Shown here: positions 1 through 8,586 of the stretch, piece by piece
How positions within the stretch are numbered: the stretch's first letter is position 1
Layout of the letters: every line of letters begins with the position of its first letter
From: Patescibacteria group bacterium
GTDB lineage: Bacteria > Patescibacteriota > Patescibacteriia > Patescibacteriales > UBA12465
Direction: 5' to 3'
NCBI GenBank assembly: GCA_028692765.1
Contig: JAQUWT010000002.1
Span: 34,049 to 98,048, forward strand
DNA: 64,000 nt
Notes under the pieces: model-generated
Told to the model about the DNA's origin: nothing
Databases searched by the model: none
What the model saw: the letters and a program-made list of their open reading frames with translations, nothing else
Made by a program: the position numbers and the translations under genes

Positions 1-550
1 TTTTTTCTTGTTTATTAATATAAATCTTTTGCCCTTTGATATATAAAATGCTTTTGTCATCATCAAACCAAGTTTTCTTATCTTCTTTTTCTTTACATAA
101 GAAGCATTTTTGATCAAGTTGGTCGAAAACATTGCTGTTTATAACTTTAAAAGATAATTCTAACATTTCATTAGAATATGGCTTAGAATAAAGTCGGCAT
201 AAATTTTCAAATTTCTTTTTATCACAAATTTGACATTCTCTCATTTTCTTCATTTTTCCATATATTATCTCTAGGTTGGAATAATATGTCCAAAAATCAT
301 TTGTATAAAGAACCTCGCCTTTAACATCTAAAAACTCTTCTTCATCAACGCAGTCGCTATAATCCTTTCCGCCTATTTTGGCGGTGTCATCAAACATCTT
401 TTGTAATATCTCTTGAGTTAGTGGGTCTTTGTTTAATAAGCGAATATACTTATAAACAATAACAAATTTTTGAAAAATATTCCTCTCTATACAAAAAAGC
501 CTGGTTAGTTCCAGCATTTTTTGTTTTACTTTTTGAGAGGATAATCTCAT
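1..550 (-). CDS. hypothetical protein with two CxxC pairs (zinc-ribbon-like); 3' end cut by the window edge
   Basis: Minus-strand frame is open from the ATG (complement of 548-550) to position 1. It is missing from the ORF track because no stop lies in the window. Translation: MRLSSQKVKQKMLELTRLF...ECQICDKKKF...KCFLCKEKEDKK. It lies 53 nt downstream of the lexA-like gene on the same strand. Confidence 0.5.
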   Translation of the reverse strand, partial: MRLSSQKVKQKMLELTRLFCIERNIFQKFVIVYKYIRLLNKDPLTQEILQKMFDDTAKIGGKDYSDCVDEEEFLDVKGEVLYTNDFWTYYSNLEIIYGKMKKMRECQICDKKKFENLCRLYSKPYSNEMLELSFKVINSNVFDQLDQKCFLCKEKEDKKTWFDDDKSILYIKGQKIYINKQEK

Positions 551-602
551 ATGCCCGATTTATTTTTGTGTTTATAAGTATGGGGAAGTAGTCTGTCATA
601 AA

Positions 603-1202
603 TTATTTAAAATTTCTGATAATTTTAACAACCACCCCTCTTATTTCAATATCTTTTCTATAAATCGGCTCATATTTAGGGTTAGCCGGCTGTAATTTTA
701 TTTTGTTTTTTTCAACATAAAACTTTTTAAGAGTTGCTTCGTTTTCATCAATAATCGCCACAACCATATCGCCATTATCTGCCACTGATTGTTTTTTGGC
801 AATAATAATATCATTATCAAATATACCTTCTTCGATCATTGAATCACCCTCGACTTTTAAAGCATATAAATTTCCTTTCAAAACCGGTTCCCGGACTATT
901 TTTATATATTCGTTTGCCATTTCTATAGCTTCAATCGGTTTACCCGCTCGTATAATTCCCAACAAAGGAATCTCCATATACTGCTTTTTCTTGGGAATAA
1001 CTGCAATTCCTCGGGGACTTTTTTCGTCTCTTAATAAATAACCCTTATTAACTAATTCAGTAATATGTTCGTGAACGGTTGAAAGGGCGGATAATCCAAA
1101 ATTATCTTTTATCTCATCATATGTAGGGGAATAATGGTTTTTTTCTATATATGAAGAAATATATTCAAATATTTCTTGTTGTCTTTTTGTTAGTGGGCTC
1201 AT
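603..1202 (-). CDS. lexA: LexA-type repressor (winged HTH plus S24 autopeptidase)
   Basis: 199 aa. N-terminal LexA DNA-binding region (LTKRQQEIFEYI...STVHEHITELVNKGYL). Ala-Gly cleavage site (IIRAGKP). Catalytic Ser (VEGDSM) and Lys (ATLKKF). Confidence 0.85.
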   Translation of the reverse strand: MSPLTKRQQEIFEYISSYIEKNHYSPTYDEIKDNFGLSALSTVHEHITELVNKGYLLRDEKSPRGIAVIPKKKQYMEIPLLGIIRAGKPIEAIEMANEYIKIVREPVLKGNLYALKVEGDSMIEEGIFDNDIIIAKKQSVADNGDMVVAIIDENEATLKKFYVEKNKIKLQPANPKYEPIYRKDIEIRGVVVKIIRNFK

Positions 1203-1206
1203 ATGT

Positions 1207-1221
1207 TATAATGGCATTATA
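1207..1221. promoter_or_regulatory. perfect 15-bp palindrome TATAATGgCATTATA between lexA and mod; candidate operator, with -10 hexamers on both strands
   Basis: 7-bp arms TATAATG/CATTATA around one central base, 5 nt from the lexA start codon. It reads TATAAT on both strands. Confidence 0.4.
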
Positions 1222-1321
1222 CCCGAATATGAGCCGAAGTGCAAATGTGGACAAAAATCAAAAAAAAGATTATTATAAAAGGGTAATAATTATCTAAAAT
1301 AATATAAATAATTTGAAATAT

Positions 1322-2998
1322 ATGAATAAGTTTATCGAAGAAATTTTAAATATTTTAAAAAAAGATAAAAGACTCTTTTCAAAAGATGATAACAAGTTGC
1401 TTAAAGGCGAATTAATATCTCTTATTTCAAAAGATGATGAAAAACTTTTAGAGCTTTTAGCTTCTAATAAAGAAATAGAAAAAAGATTTTTTAAGAAAAT
1501 TGGTAAGATTACAATTTTTCAAAAAGAAAATTTTTTGCAGTTAATCACAATGAATGAATTTTTACCGGACTCATTTACTGCTTTTGAAGTTAATATAGGG
1601 TTATCTAATAATAAAAAATTAATATCCTCACAAGAAGATATTTCTTTAGTTTTTCCTCACAAAGATTGTATTTTAGAGGGTGGGCAGAATAAGGAAAATA
1701 CTAAAAGAGAAGAAATTTTTTATAATACAACATTAGCTCCCGATGAAGTGGATAGATTAAAAGAACCAAAAGTTCTAACTAATTGGAAAAAATTTGATAG
1801 CAAGGGTGAGCATAAAATAACAGATGTTTCATTGGAGGACAACTTAATAATTAAAGGAAATAATTTAATGGCGCTTTATTCTTTGCTACCAAATTATAGA
1901 AATAAAATAAAGTTAATATATATTGACCCCCCATATAATACCGGTAATGATAGTTTTAAATATAATGATAGTTTTAATCATGGCACATGGTTAACTTTTA
2001 TGAAAAATAGGTTAGAAGTAGCACGAGAATTGTTAAGTGATGATGGTTCTATATATATGCAATTAGACCATAATGAAGTTCATTATGGAAAAGTTTTAAT
2101 GGATGAAATTTTTGGTCGTAATAATTTTCAAAGAGAAATTATTTGGCATAAAGGAAATACTTTTGGATATGCGGCTTCAGCAGATAATTTTGTTTTAGCA
2201 CACGATTCTATTTTATTTTATTCTAAAACAAGTAATAAATTATTTAATAAAATATATAAAAGTTATTCAGATGAGTATATAAAAAAACGCTTTATACATA
2301 ATGATAATGATGGTAAAGGGCCTTATCGTATTCAAGGAAAAAATCAAAAGCAATATCTTAGTGATTCTAAAGGATTGGCTATGTCAGATGTTTGGACCAT
2401 ACCGGTTATAAATGTTATGGCGAAGGAAAAATTATTTGATACGCAAAAACCAGAAGCTTTATTGCAAATTATTATTGAGGCCTCCACTAATAAGAATGAT
2501 ATTGTTTTAGATTTCATGGCTGGATCTGGCACTACGTTGGCTGTGGCCCATAAAATTAATAGACGATATATTGGCATTGAGCAAATGGATTATATTCATA
2601 ACTTACCAGAAGCTAGATTAAAAAGAATAATTAAAGGAGAGCAGGATGGCATATCTAAAGAAGTAAATTGGAAGGGTGGAGGAAGTTTTATTTATACAGA
2701 ACTTCTTGAATGGAATAATAAATATATTAGAGATTTAGAAAGTGCTAAAACAAAGATTGATATTAAAAAAATAAAAGCAAAAATTGAAAAGGAAGCTTTC
2801 TATAAATATCAAATTGATACTAGTAAATTTGACAATAAGGAATTTGATAAATTATCAGAAAAGGAACAAAAAGAGGTTTTAATTGATGTTTTAGACATGA
2901 ATCATCTTTATGTTAACTTAGACTCAATTAATGATGCAACATTTGCCATCTCCAAAGAAGATAAAGAATTAAATAAAAAATTCTATAATCAAAAATAG
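1322..2998 (+). CDS. mod: Type III restriction-modification methyltransferase (Mod), beta-class N6-adenine MTase
   Basis: Motif IV IYIDPPYNTGND precedes motif I LDFMAGSGTT (beta-class order). A variable region lies between them. It sits directly upstream of res. ATG 1322 is preferred over the track's TTG at 1313. Confidence 0.85.
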   Translation: MNKFIEEILNILKKDKRLFSKDDNKLLKGELISLISKDDEKLLELLASNKEIEKRFFKKIGKITIFQKENFLQLITMNEFLPDSFTAFEVNIGLSNNKKLISSQEDISLVFPHKDCILEGGQNKENTKREEIFYNTTLAPDEVDRLKEPKVLTNWKKFDSKGEHKITDVSLEDNLIIKGNNLMALYSLLPNYRNKIKLIYIDPPYNTGNDSFKYNDSFNHGTWLTFMKNRLEVARELLSDDGSIYMQLDHNEVHYGKVLMDEIFGRNNFQREIIWHKGNTFGYAASADNFVLAHDSILFYSKTSNKLFNKIYKSYSDEYIKKRFIHNDNDGKGPYRIQGKNQKQYLSDSKGLAMSDVWTIPVINVMAKEKLFDTQKPEALLQIIIEASTNKNDIVLDFMAGSGTTLAVAHKINRRYIGIEQMDYIHNLPEARLKRIIKGEQDGISKEVNWKGGGSFIYTELLEWNNKYIRDLESAKTKIDIKKIKAKIEKEAFYKYQIDTSKFDNKEFDKLSEKEQKEVLIDVLDMNHLYVNLDSINDATFAISKEDKELNKKFYNQK

Positions 2999-3000
2999 TT

Positions 3001-5601
3001 ATGAATGAAAATAAGTTGTCAACTGAATATGACTCTTTAGAAAAAAGAGGGCATATATCAAAAGATATTCCCTCACTTATTTTTGATAATATTAATCCAA
3101 AATTTCAGCTAAGAAAATATCAAATAAGTGCAATTTCGAGGTTCGTTGAATATTATGAAAATGAGCCAGAAAAGGATTTTCCAATACAATTACTTTTTAA
3201 TATGGCAACCGGATCGGGTAAAACCCTGATAATGGTTGCTTTAATGTTATTTTTATATGATAAAGGATATAGGAATTTCGTATTTTTTGTTGATAAGACA
3301 AATATTATTAGAAAAACTATTGATAATTTTTTAAATATTGAATCTTCAAAATATCTTTTTAATAAAAGAATATTTATTGACGGGAAAGAGGTTATTTTAA
3401 AGAAGGTTGAAAGTTTTTCGGAGAGCTCAATGAATGCTATAAATATAAACTTTTCTACTATTTCCGGGCTTCATTCAAAATTAAACAATCCAAAAGAAAA
3501 CTCTTTAATTTATAAAGATTTTGAAAAAGAAAAAACAGTTTTTATATCAGATGAGGCTCATCATATTAATGCTTTAACTAAAAAAAATAAGAGCAAAGAA
3601 GAAGAGGAGAATATAACTTCATGGGAATATACAGTTAACAAATTAGTCAATTATCGCAAAGATAATGTTTTGTTGGAATTTACAGCTACAATAGACTGGG
3701 AAGATGAGTTTATTTTTAATAAATATAAAAGTAGAGCGATTTATGAATATGATCTTAGAAAATTTAGAGAAGATAAATTTTCTAAAGATGTTTTTTTAAT
3801 ACAATCTAATTCTGGGCTCAAAGAAAGAATGTTGCAGGCAGTTATCATTTCTCAATATCGACGAAAAGTTGCAGAAAATCACAAAATAGCACTTAAGCCA
3901 GTTATAATGATGAAATCGAAAACTATTAAAGAGTCTCAAGCAAATTATCAAAAATTTATTAAATTAATTGAAGATTTAAAAATTACTGATATTAAAAATA
4001 TAGAAAAAATTTCAAAAGATATTAGTGATGATGATAATATACTCAAAAAAGCTTTTTTGTATTTTGAAGAGAATAATATTAAATTATCCGATATAGTTAA
4101 TGAAATAAAAATTGAATTTTCGATTGAGCGATTAGTTGAGGTAAATAGCAACGAAGAAAGTGAACAAAAACAAATATTAGTTAACACCCTTGAAGAAATC
4201 GACAATGAAATTAGAGTTGTTTTTGCGGTTGATAAACTTAATGAAGGTTGGGATGTGCTTAATTTATTTGATATTGTCCGTCTTTACGGCACAAGAGATA
4301 GTGGTAAGCCCACTATTCAAGAGGCTCAGTTGGTTGGTCGTGGTGCTAGATATTTCCCATTTACATTGGATAATAAAGACGAAAAATATTTAAGAAAATT
4401 TGATGAAGAAGAAAATCATCCTTTAAGAGTTATTGAACAATTACATTTTCACTCAATCCAAAATCATCGCTATATTTCAGAATTAAGAAAAGCCTTAATA
4501 AAAAGCGGAATACATAAAGATACCGGAAGAGAAATAACATTAAAAGTAAAAAAATCTTTTTCCGAAACTAAATTTTTCAAAAAAGGTGTAATTTGGAAAA
4601 ATAAGAGAATTATTAATAAAAGAGAGAATGTGAATTCTATTTATGATGTCGGAGTGGAAAATAATTACAAGATAAGTATTGAGTCCGGATTATCTTTTAG
4701 TCAAATTTCAGGATTCGGCGATGATAAAGAAAGGGAAAAAAGTAAAGGAAAAATTATTAATAAAAAAATATGCGATTTACCTGTGCACTTATCAAGAAAG
4801 GCATTAGACAAAATACCGTTTTTTAATTTTGAAAATTTAAATAAATTTTTCCCAAAGATTGAATCAATTGAAGAATTTATTTTACATAACAATTATTTAG
4901 GCAATATAAACCTTGAAATCGAAAGTGATGAAAACGAAATTGATTCAAATAAAATTTTTGATAAATTAATACAAGTGTTTGAAAATATTAAAAATACTAT
5001 TAGAGCAAATTCTTCCGAATTTGAAGGATCAAAAGAATTTGAGGCAATACCGGTACGAACAAGTGTAGTAGAAAAAAAGATGTATATTGAAAAACCAAAA
5101 GATGGCTCGGAACAGGAATTTGGTTTATCGATGAGCAGTGAAAGTAATAGGGCAAAGCTAGATTTATCGGATAAGAATTGGTATGTATACAACGACGATT
5201 ATGGCACTGATGAAGAAAAATATCTCGTTAGGCTTATCCATGATAATATTGTAAAATTTGAGAGTAAATTTAAAGAAATTTATTTAATAAGGAATCAAAA
5301 AATATTAGAAATTTATGATTTTAAAAAAGGACGAAGATTCGAACCGGATTATCTTCTATTTTTAGGAAACGGAAAAGCCAAAGCTGATTATTATCAGATA
5401 TTTATTGAACCAAAAGGCGGGCATATTGAAGAGGGAGATAAATGGAAGGAAGAGTTTTTACTTGAAATTAAAGAAGAAAAAGGAGTTTTAAATTTATTTG
5501 AAGATGATAAATATATTATAGTTGGACTTCCATTTTTTCAAGAAGATAAAAAACTTAAATTTAAAGAAATTTTTGGCAAAAAAATTGATACAACATTTTA
5601 A
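3001..5601 (+). CDS. res: Type III restriction enzyme Res subunit (SF2 helicase plus C-terminal PD-(D/E)xK nuclease)
   Basis: 866 aa. Helicase motif I MATGSGKT, motif II SDEAHH, and FTATID. C-terminal FEPDY...IFIEPKG nuclease motif. ATG lies 2 nt after the mod stop. Confidence 0.85.
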   Translation: MNENKLSTEYDSLEKRGHISKDIPSLIFDNINPKFQLRKYQISAISRFVEYYENEPEKDFPIQLLFNMATGSGKTLIMVALMLFLYDKGYRNFVFFVDKTNIIRKTIDNFLNIESSKYLFNKRIFIDGKEVILKKVESFSESSMNAININFSTISGLHSKLNNPKENSLIYKDFEKEKTVFISDEAHHINALTKKNKSKEEEENITSWEYTVNKLVNYRKDNVLLEFTATIDWEDEFIFNKYKSRAIYEYDLRKFREDKFSKDVFLIQSNSGLKERMLQAVIISQYRRKVAENHKIALKPVIMMKSKTIKESQANYQKFIKLIEDLKITDIKNIEKISKDISDDDNILKKAFLYFEENNIKLSDIVNEIKIEFSIERLVEVNSNEESEQKQILVNTLEEIDNEIRVVFAVDKLNEGWDVLNLFDIVRLYGTRDSGKPTIQEAQLVGRGARYFPFTLDNKDEKYLRKFDEEENHPLRVIEQLHFHSIQNHRYISELRKALIKSGIHKDTGREITLKVKKSFSETKFFKKGVIWKNKRIINKRENVNSIYDVGVENNYKISIESGLSFSQISGFGDDKEREKSKGKIINKKICDLPVHLSRKALDKIPFFNFENLNKFFPKIESIEEFILHNNYLGNINLEIESDENEIDSNKIFDKLIQVFENIKNTIRANSSEFEGSKEFEAIPVRTSVVEKKMYIEKPKDGSEQEFGLSMSSESNRAKLDLSDKNWYVYNDDYGTDEEKYLVRLIHDNIVKFESKFKEIYLIRNQKILEIYDFKKGRRFEPDYLLFLGNGKAKADYYQIFIEPKGGHIEEGDKWKEEFLLEIKEEKGVLNLFEDDKYIIVGLPFFQEDKKLKFKEIFGKKIDTTF

Positions 5602-5604
5602 AAT

Positions 5605-7521
5605 ATGAAATTAAAAAATGTAAAAATTAAAAATTTCCGGTCTTTAGATGAGATAGACTTTATTTTTAATCCAAATTGTAGAGTTTTGGTCGGCATAAAT
5701 GAATCCGGAAAATCTAATTTACTCAAAGCTTTATCAATGCTGGATAATGACAAAACCCCTAGTCCCTCTGACATTCGAGAAATTGGAGACTCAGAGGAGC
5801 CTATAGAAGAAGCTTATGTTAAGTTTATCTTTTTGTTTGATAAGAATGAAACAAATATTTTTTATGAAAATGTAAAAAATCAAATATTGGGACTTGATTC
5901 AAGTGAGGAGGTTGTAGAAAACGAATCTAATAAAAAAATTACACTAAAGGAGTTATCAAGCGAATGTGAAAAAGGAATATATAATGTTGATATAATAAAG
6001 GGTGAAAAGAGAGGTAAGGCTTATTCTTTAAATTCTTATAAATTATTGCCGATATTTAAAAAAATTACTGAAAAATGTCCAGCAGATTTTGTTGTTAAAA
6101 ATAAAAAAGAAGAAGATGTTAAATTGAGAGACTATAAAATTATTAATACGAGTCTTTTTGATGAAATGCCAACGGATTATTTTGAGGATGCCGGAATTAA
6201 AGATTTGCAAAATTTATTTAATCTAGAAATATGTAATTATGTTGAGGAGAATATTCCAGAAGTTTTATTTTGGGAATATGATGAAAAAAATATTTTGCCA
6301 CCAAAAATAAATATAAATGAATTCAAAGAAAATCCAAATGTTTGCCTTCCTTTAAAATATATGTTTTCTTTCTCCGGTATTCAAGATATAAAATCTGGAA
6401 TTGATAATTCGCAGAAAACAGATAAGGGATTTAAAAATTTACTTAATAGAATCGCTAAACAGAGTTCAACCCATTTACATAGTGTCTGGAAAGAATACAA
6501 AAAAATAGAATTTGAATTATTACCTAATGGTGAAAATATAGATGCCAGTATTAAAGATGAATATAATTCATTTGAGTGCGCTCAAAGAAGTGATGGTTTT
6601 AAGAGATTTGTTTCTTTCCTGCTTATGGTATCAATAAAGGCGAAGTCTGATTTATTGGACAACACTTTATTATTAATAGATGAACCGGACTCTGGCCTTC
6701 ATCCTTCTGGTGCAAGGTTTCTTAGGGATGAATTAATTAAAATTTCAAAGAATAATTATGTAGTGTATAGTAGCCATTCTATTTTTATGATTGATAGAAA
6801 AAATATCTATCGTCATTTAATAGTTGAAAAAGATAAAGAAATCACTACAATTAAGAATGCGGACGAGCATAATATAATCAAAGAAGAGGTTATTTATAAT
6901 GCTTTGGGATTTTCATTTTTCGAGACATTAAAAGACAGAAATATACTTTTTGAAGGATTTAGAGACGAGGTGTTATTCGAAAAAGCAACGCAAAAGATTC
7001 CTTCAAAATACTCTCAATTAAAGGGTGATTTAAAAGAAGTTGGTACTTGTTATGGTCATGGAGTTAAAAGTATGTCTCATATAACCCCTTTACTTAAATT
7101 AGCCGGTAGAAAAGCTTTTATTGTGAGTGATAATGATAGCCCCGCCAAGGAAAAGAAAAAAGAATATGAAAATAATAATGGTTATGGATTCTGGCTTACT
7201 TATGAAGAAGTTGATTCTGAGTTAAAAGTTATTACTGGTGAAGATTTTGTAAAAATATCCGCAATAATCGAGGCACTTAACAAAATTAAAACCGAGAAAG
7301 CTTTTAAGATTGATATTACTGAAAGTGATTTTACAAATCCAAATGGAAGGTTATATGTAATTGATAAATGGCTTATAGATAATAATATAAAAGATAAGCA
7401 AGTTAGAAAAGAAATTGTAAATAACATTAAAAATAATATTTTTTCTGATTTGAAATATACTCAAATTGAAGAATATTATTATGATTTTTTAGTAAAATTG
7501 GTCGAAAAAATAAATTTATAA
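5605..7521 (+). CDS. OLD-family / PARIS-like ABC-type ATPase fused to a Toprim-like nuclease domain
   Basis: 638 aa. P-loop GINESGKSN, signature-like RSDGFKRF, Walker B LLLIDEPDSGLHP, SSHS. C-terminal Toprim-like ILFEGFRDE and FIVSDNDSP (E...DxD). ATG lies 3 nt after the res stop. Confidence 0.7.
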   Translation: MKLKNVKIKNFRSLDEIDFIFNPNCRVLVGINESGKSNLLKALSMLDNDKTPSPSDIREIGDSEEPIEEAYVKFIFLFDKNETNIFYENVKNQILGLDSSEEVVENESNKKITLKELSSECEKGIYNVDIIKGEKRGKAYSLNSYKLLPIFKKITEKCPADFVVKNKKEEDVKLRDYKIINTSLFDEMPTDYFEDAGIKDLQNLFNLEICNYVEENIPEVLFWEYDEKNILPPKININEFKENPNVCLPLKYMFSFSGIQDIKSGIDNSQKTDKGFKNLLNRIAKQSSTHLHSVWKEYKKIEFELLPNGENIDASIKDEYNSFECAQRSDGFKRFVSFLLMVSIKAKSDLLDNTLLLIDEPDSGLHPSGARFLRDELIKISKNNYVVYSSHSIFMIDRKNIYRHLIVEKDKEITTIKNADEHNIIKEEVIYNALGFSFFETLKDRNILFEGFRDEVLFEKATQKIPSKYSQLKGDLKEVGTCYGHGVKSMSHITPLLKLAGRKAFIVSDNDSPAKEKKKEYENNNGYGFWLTYEEVDSELKVITGEDFVKISAIIEALNKIKTEKAFKIDITESDFTNPNGRLYVIDKWLIDNNIKDKQVRKEIVNNIKNNIFSDLKYTQIEEYYYDFLVKLVEKINL

Positions 7522-7541
7522 ATATAAATCATTAAATTTTC

Positions 7542-7578
7542 ATAATTTTGGTTCGAACATCGTCCGCGACCCCGAGCA
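7542..7578 (+). repeat. recombination-site-like direct repeat, copy 1 (core TCCGCGACCCCGAGCA at 7563-7578)
   Basis: 35/37 identical to 8600-8636. The core is shared with 8084-8099 and, at 15/16, with 15433-15448. Confidence 0.85.
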
Positions 7579-7579
7579 A

Positions 7580-7608
7580 TTGACAAAAGTATATCTATGT
7601 GATATGCT
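7580..7608 (+). promoter_or_regulatory. promoter of module A: TTGACA-N17-TATGCT with an imperfect palindrome in the spacer
   Basis: TTGACA at 7580-7585 and TATGCT at 7603-7608. Palindrome AAAAGTATATC-N5-GATATGCTTTT at 7585-7611 (10/11). The layout is homologous to 8101-8134. Confidence 0.7.
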
Positions 7609-7654
7609 TTTTTGATAGTTAAAACTGTATTGTAGAACTTTAAGAAATAAAACA

Positions 7655-8014
7655 ATGTTTAAATTACCAACACTTGATTATAATGGTGGCCGACGTACAT
7701 ATCAAGATGCACCTGTAGTGGTAGAAAAAATCACTAAAGAACGCCATTGGGGAAATTTGTGGCTCAAAAGAACGCAAAAGATTTCTTTAAAGTTAAATTC
7801 ACCAGTCAAATTTCAAGACGAAGAGAGTGAAATAAAATTTTTAGGAAATATTATTATTCATGATCTAGCTGGAGATCTTTCGGGAGTTAAAATCGGTGAT
7901 GAACTGGTTGCTAGAATTGGTTATGCTGATAAAGAGCGACAATACTGGCAAGGTGTTAATGCTTTTTCTGTTTCCATTTTACAGCAAGGAGAAATGATGC
8001 AGCTTGTTCAGTAA
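7655..8014 (+). CDS. hypothetical 119-aa soluble protein (module A cargo)
   Basis: The ORF sits 75 nt downstream of its own promoter and is followed by a hairpin terminator. I recognise no motif. Confidence 0.55.
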   Translation: MFKLPTLDYNGGRRTYQDAPVVVEKITKERHWGNLWLKRTQKISLKLNSPVKFQDEESEIKFLGNIIIHDLAGDLSGVKIGDELVARIGYADKERQYWQGVNAFSVSILQQGEMMQLVQ

Positions 8015-8035
8015 TAAAAAATCTTTTATCTTTCT

Positions 8036-8066
8036 AGGACTTACTTTTTATAGTAAGTCCTTTTTA
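8036..8066 (+). terminator. rho-independent terminator of module A
   Basis: Stem AGGACTTACT/AGTAAGTCCT with a 6-nt loop, followed by a T-run. Confidence 0.8.
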
Positions 8067-8072
8067 ATTTGA

Positions 8073-8099
8073 TTTGAACATCGTCCGCGACCCCGAGCA
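8073..8099 (+). repeat. recombination-site-like direct repeat, copy 2 (core 8084-8099)
   Basis: 26/27 identical to 7552-7578. Confidence 0.85.
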
Positions 8100-8100
8100 C

Positions 8101-8134
8101 TTGACAAAAAAGTATACTTATAGTATACTTTTTT
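8101..8134 (+). promoter_or_regulatory. promoter of module B: TTGACA-N17-TATACT overlapped by a perfect 13+3+13 palindrome
   Basis: TTGACA at 8101-8106 and TATACT at 8124-8129. Palindrome AAAAAAGTATACT-TAT-AGTATACTTTTTT at 8106-8134. Confidence 0.75.
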
Positions 8135-8174
8135 GATAACTAAAATCATTGTCGAACATTTAAAACTTTATACC

Positions 8175-8540
8175 ATGAAGACAAAACAACAAATTTACAA
8201 CAATCTGTACAACAAAGCAAAGGAAAATGCTAAAACACATCAGGGGGTAATTGAATTTTTCATCGCATTAATTATCTCTCTCCTGTTTGCTTTATTTGTA
8301 ATCCACTATTTCCCATTTATCAACCCCTATCTTGCCTTTTTACCTTTAGCGGCATCTCTTATTCTTGTTGCTTCCTCATATAACGGCAAAAGTATTTGGA
8401 AGGTTTCCACTAAAACTGTTATTAAAGAAATGAGAAGGATTATAGATACTGAGATTCAGAAAGCGCAGGAAAGTAATTTCTCTTCTGATGAGCAAATTCA
8501 AAAAATGGAAGAGATTAAAAAAGACATTTCTGGGTGTTAA
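8175..8540 (+). CDS. hypothetical 121-aa protein with two predicted transmembrane helices (module B cargo)
   Basis: ATG 8175 lies 74 nt after TTGACA, matching the module A geometry. The track start at 8133 is a TTG inside the promoter. Hydrophobic stretches: VIEFFIALIISLLFALFVIHYF and LAFLPLAASLILVASS. Confidence 0.55.
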   Translation: MKTKQQIYNNLYNKAKENAKTHQGVIEFFIALIISLLFALFVIHYFPFINPYLAFLPLAASLILVASSYNGKSIWKVSTKTVIKEMRRIIDTEIQKAQESNFSSDEQIQKMEEIKKDISGC

Positions 8541-8561
8541 TCAAAACATCCCTAAAAGCAT

Positions 8562-8586
8562 AAGGAGCTATTTAATAGCTCCTTTT
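8562..8586. terminator. hairpin between the convergent module B gene and the recombinase gene
   Basis: Stem AAGGAGCTA/TAGCTCCTT with a 5-nt loop. Confidence 0.65.

Noticed and set aside
7549-7560. GGTTCGAAC in the repeated site looks like a tRNA T-loop, suggesting that the repeats are tRNA 3' ends and therefore a classical integration target.
   Set aside because: The bases flanking TTCGAAC cannot form a T-stem in either orientation. No acceptor or anticodon arms can be drawn. I found no tRNA anywhere in the window.
7554-7566. CGAACATCGTCCG resembles a Gram-positive LexA (Cheo) box, CGAAC-N4-GTTCG.
   Set aside because: The spacing is N3, not N4, and the second half-site is GTCCG rather than GTTCG. 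Treating it as an SOS box would be over-interpretation.
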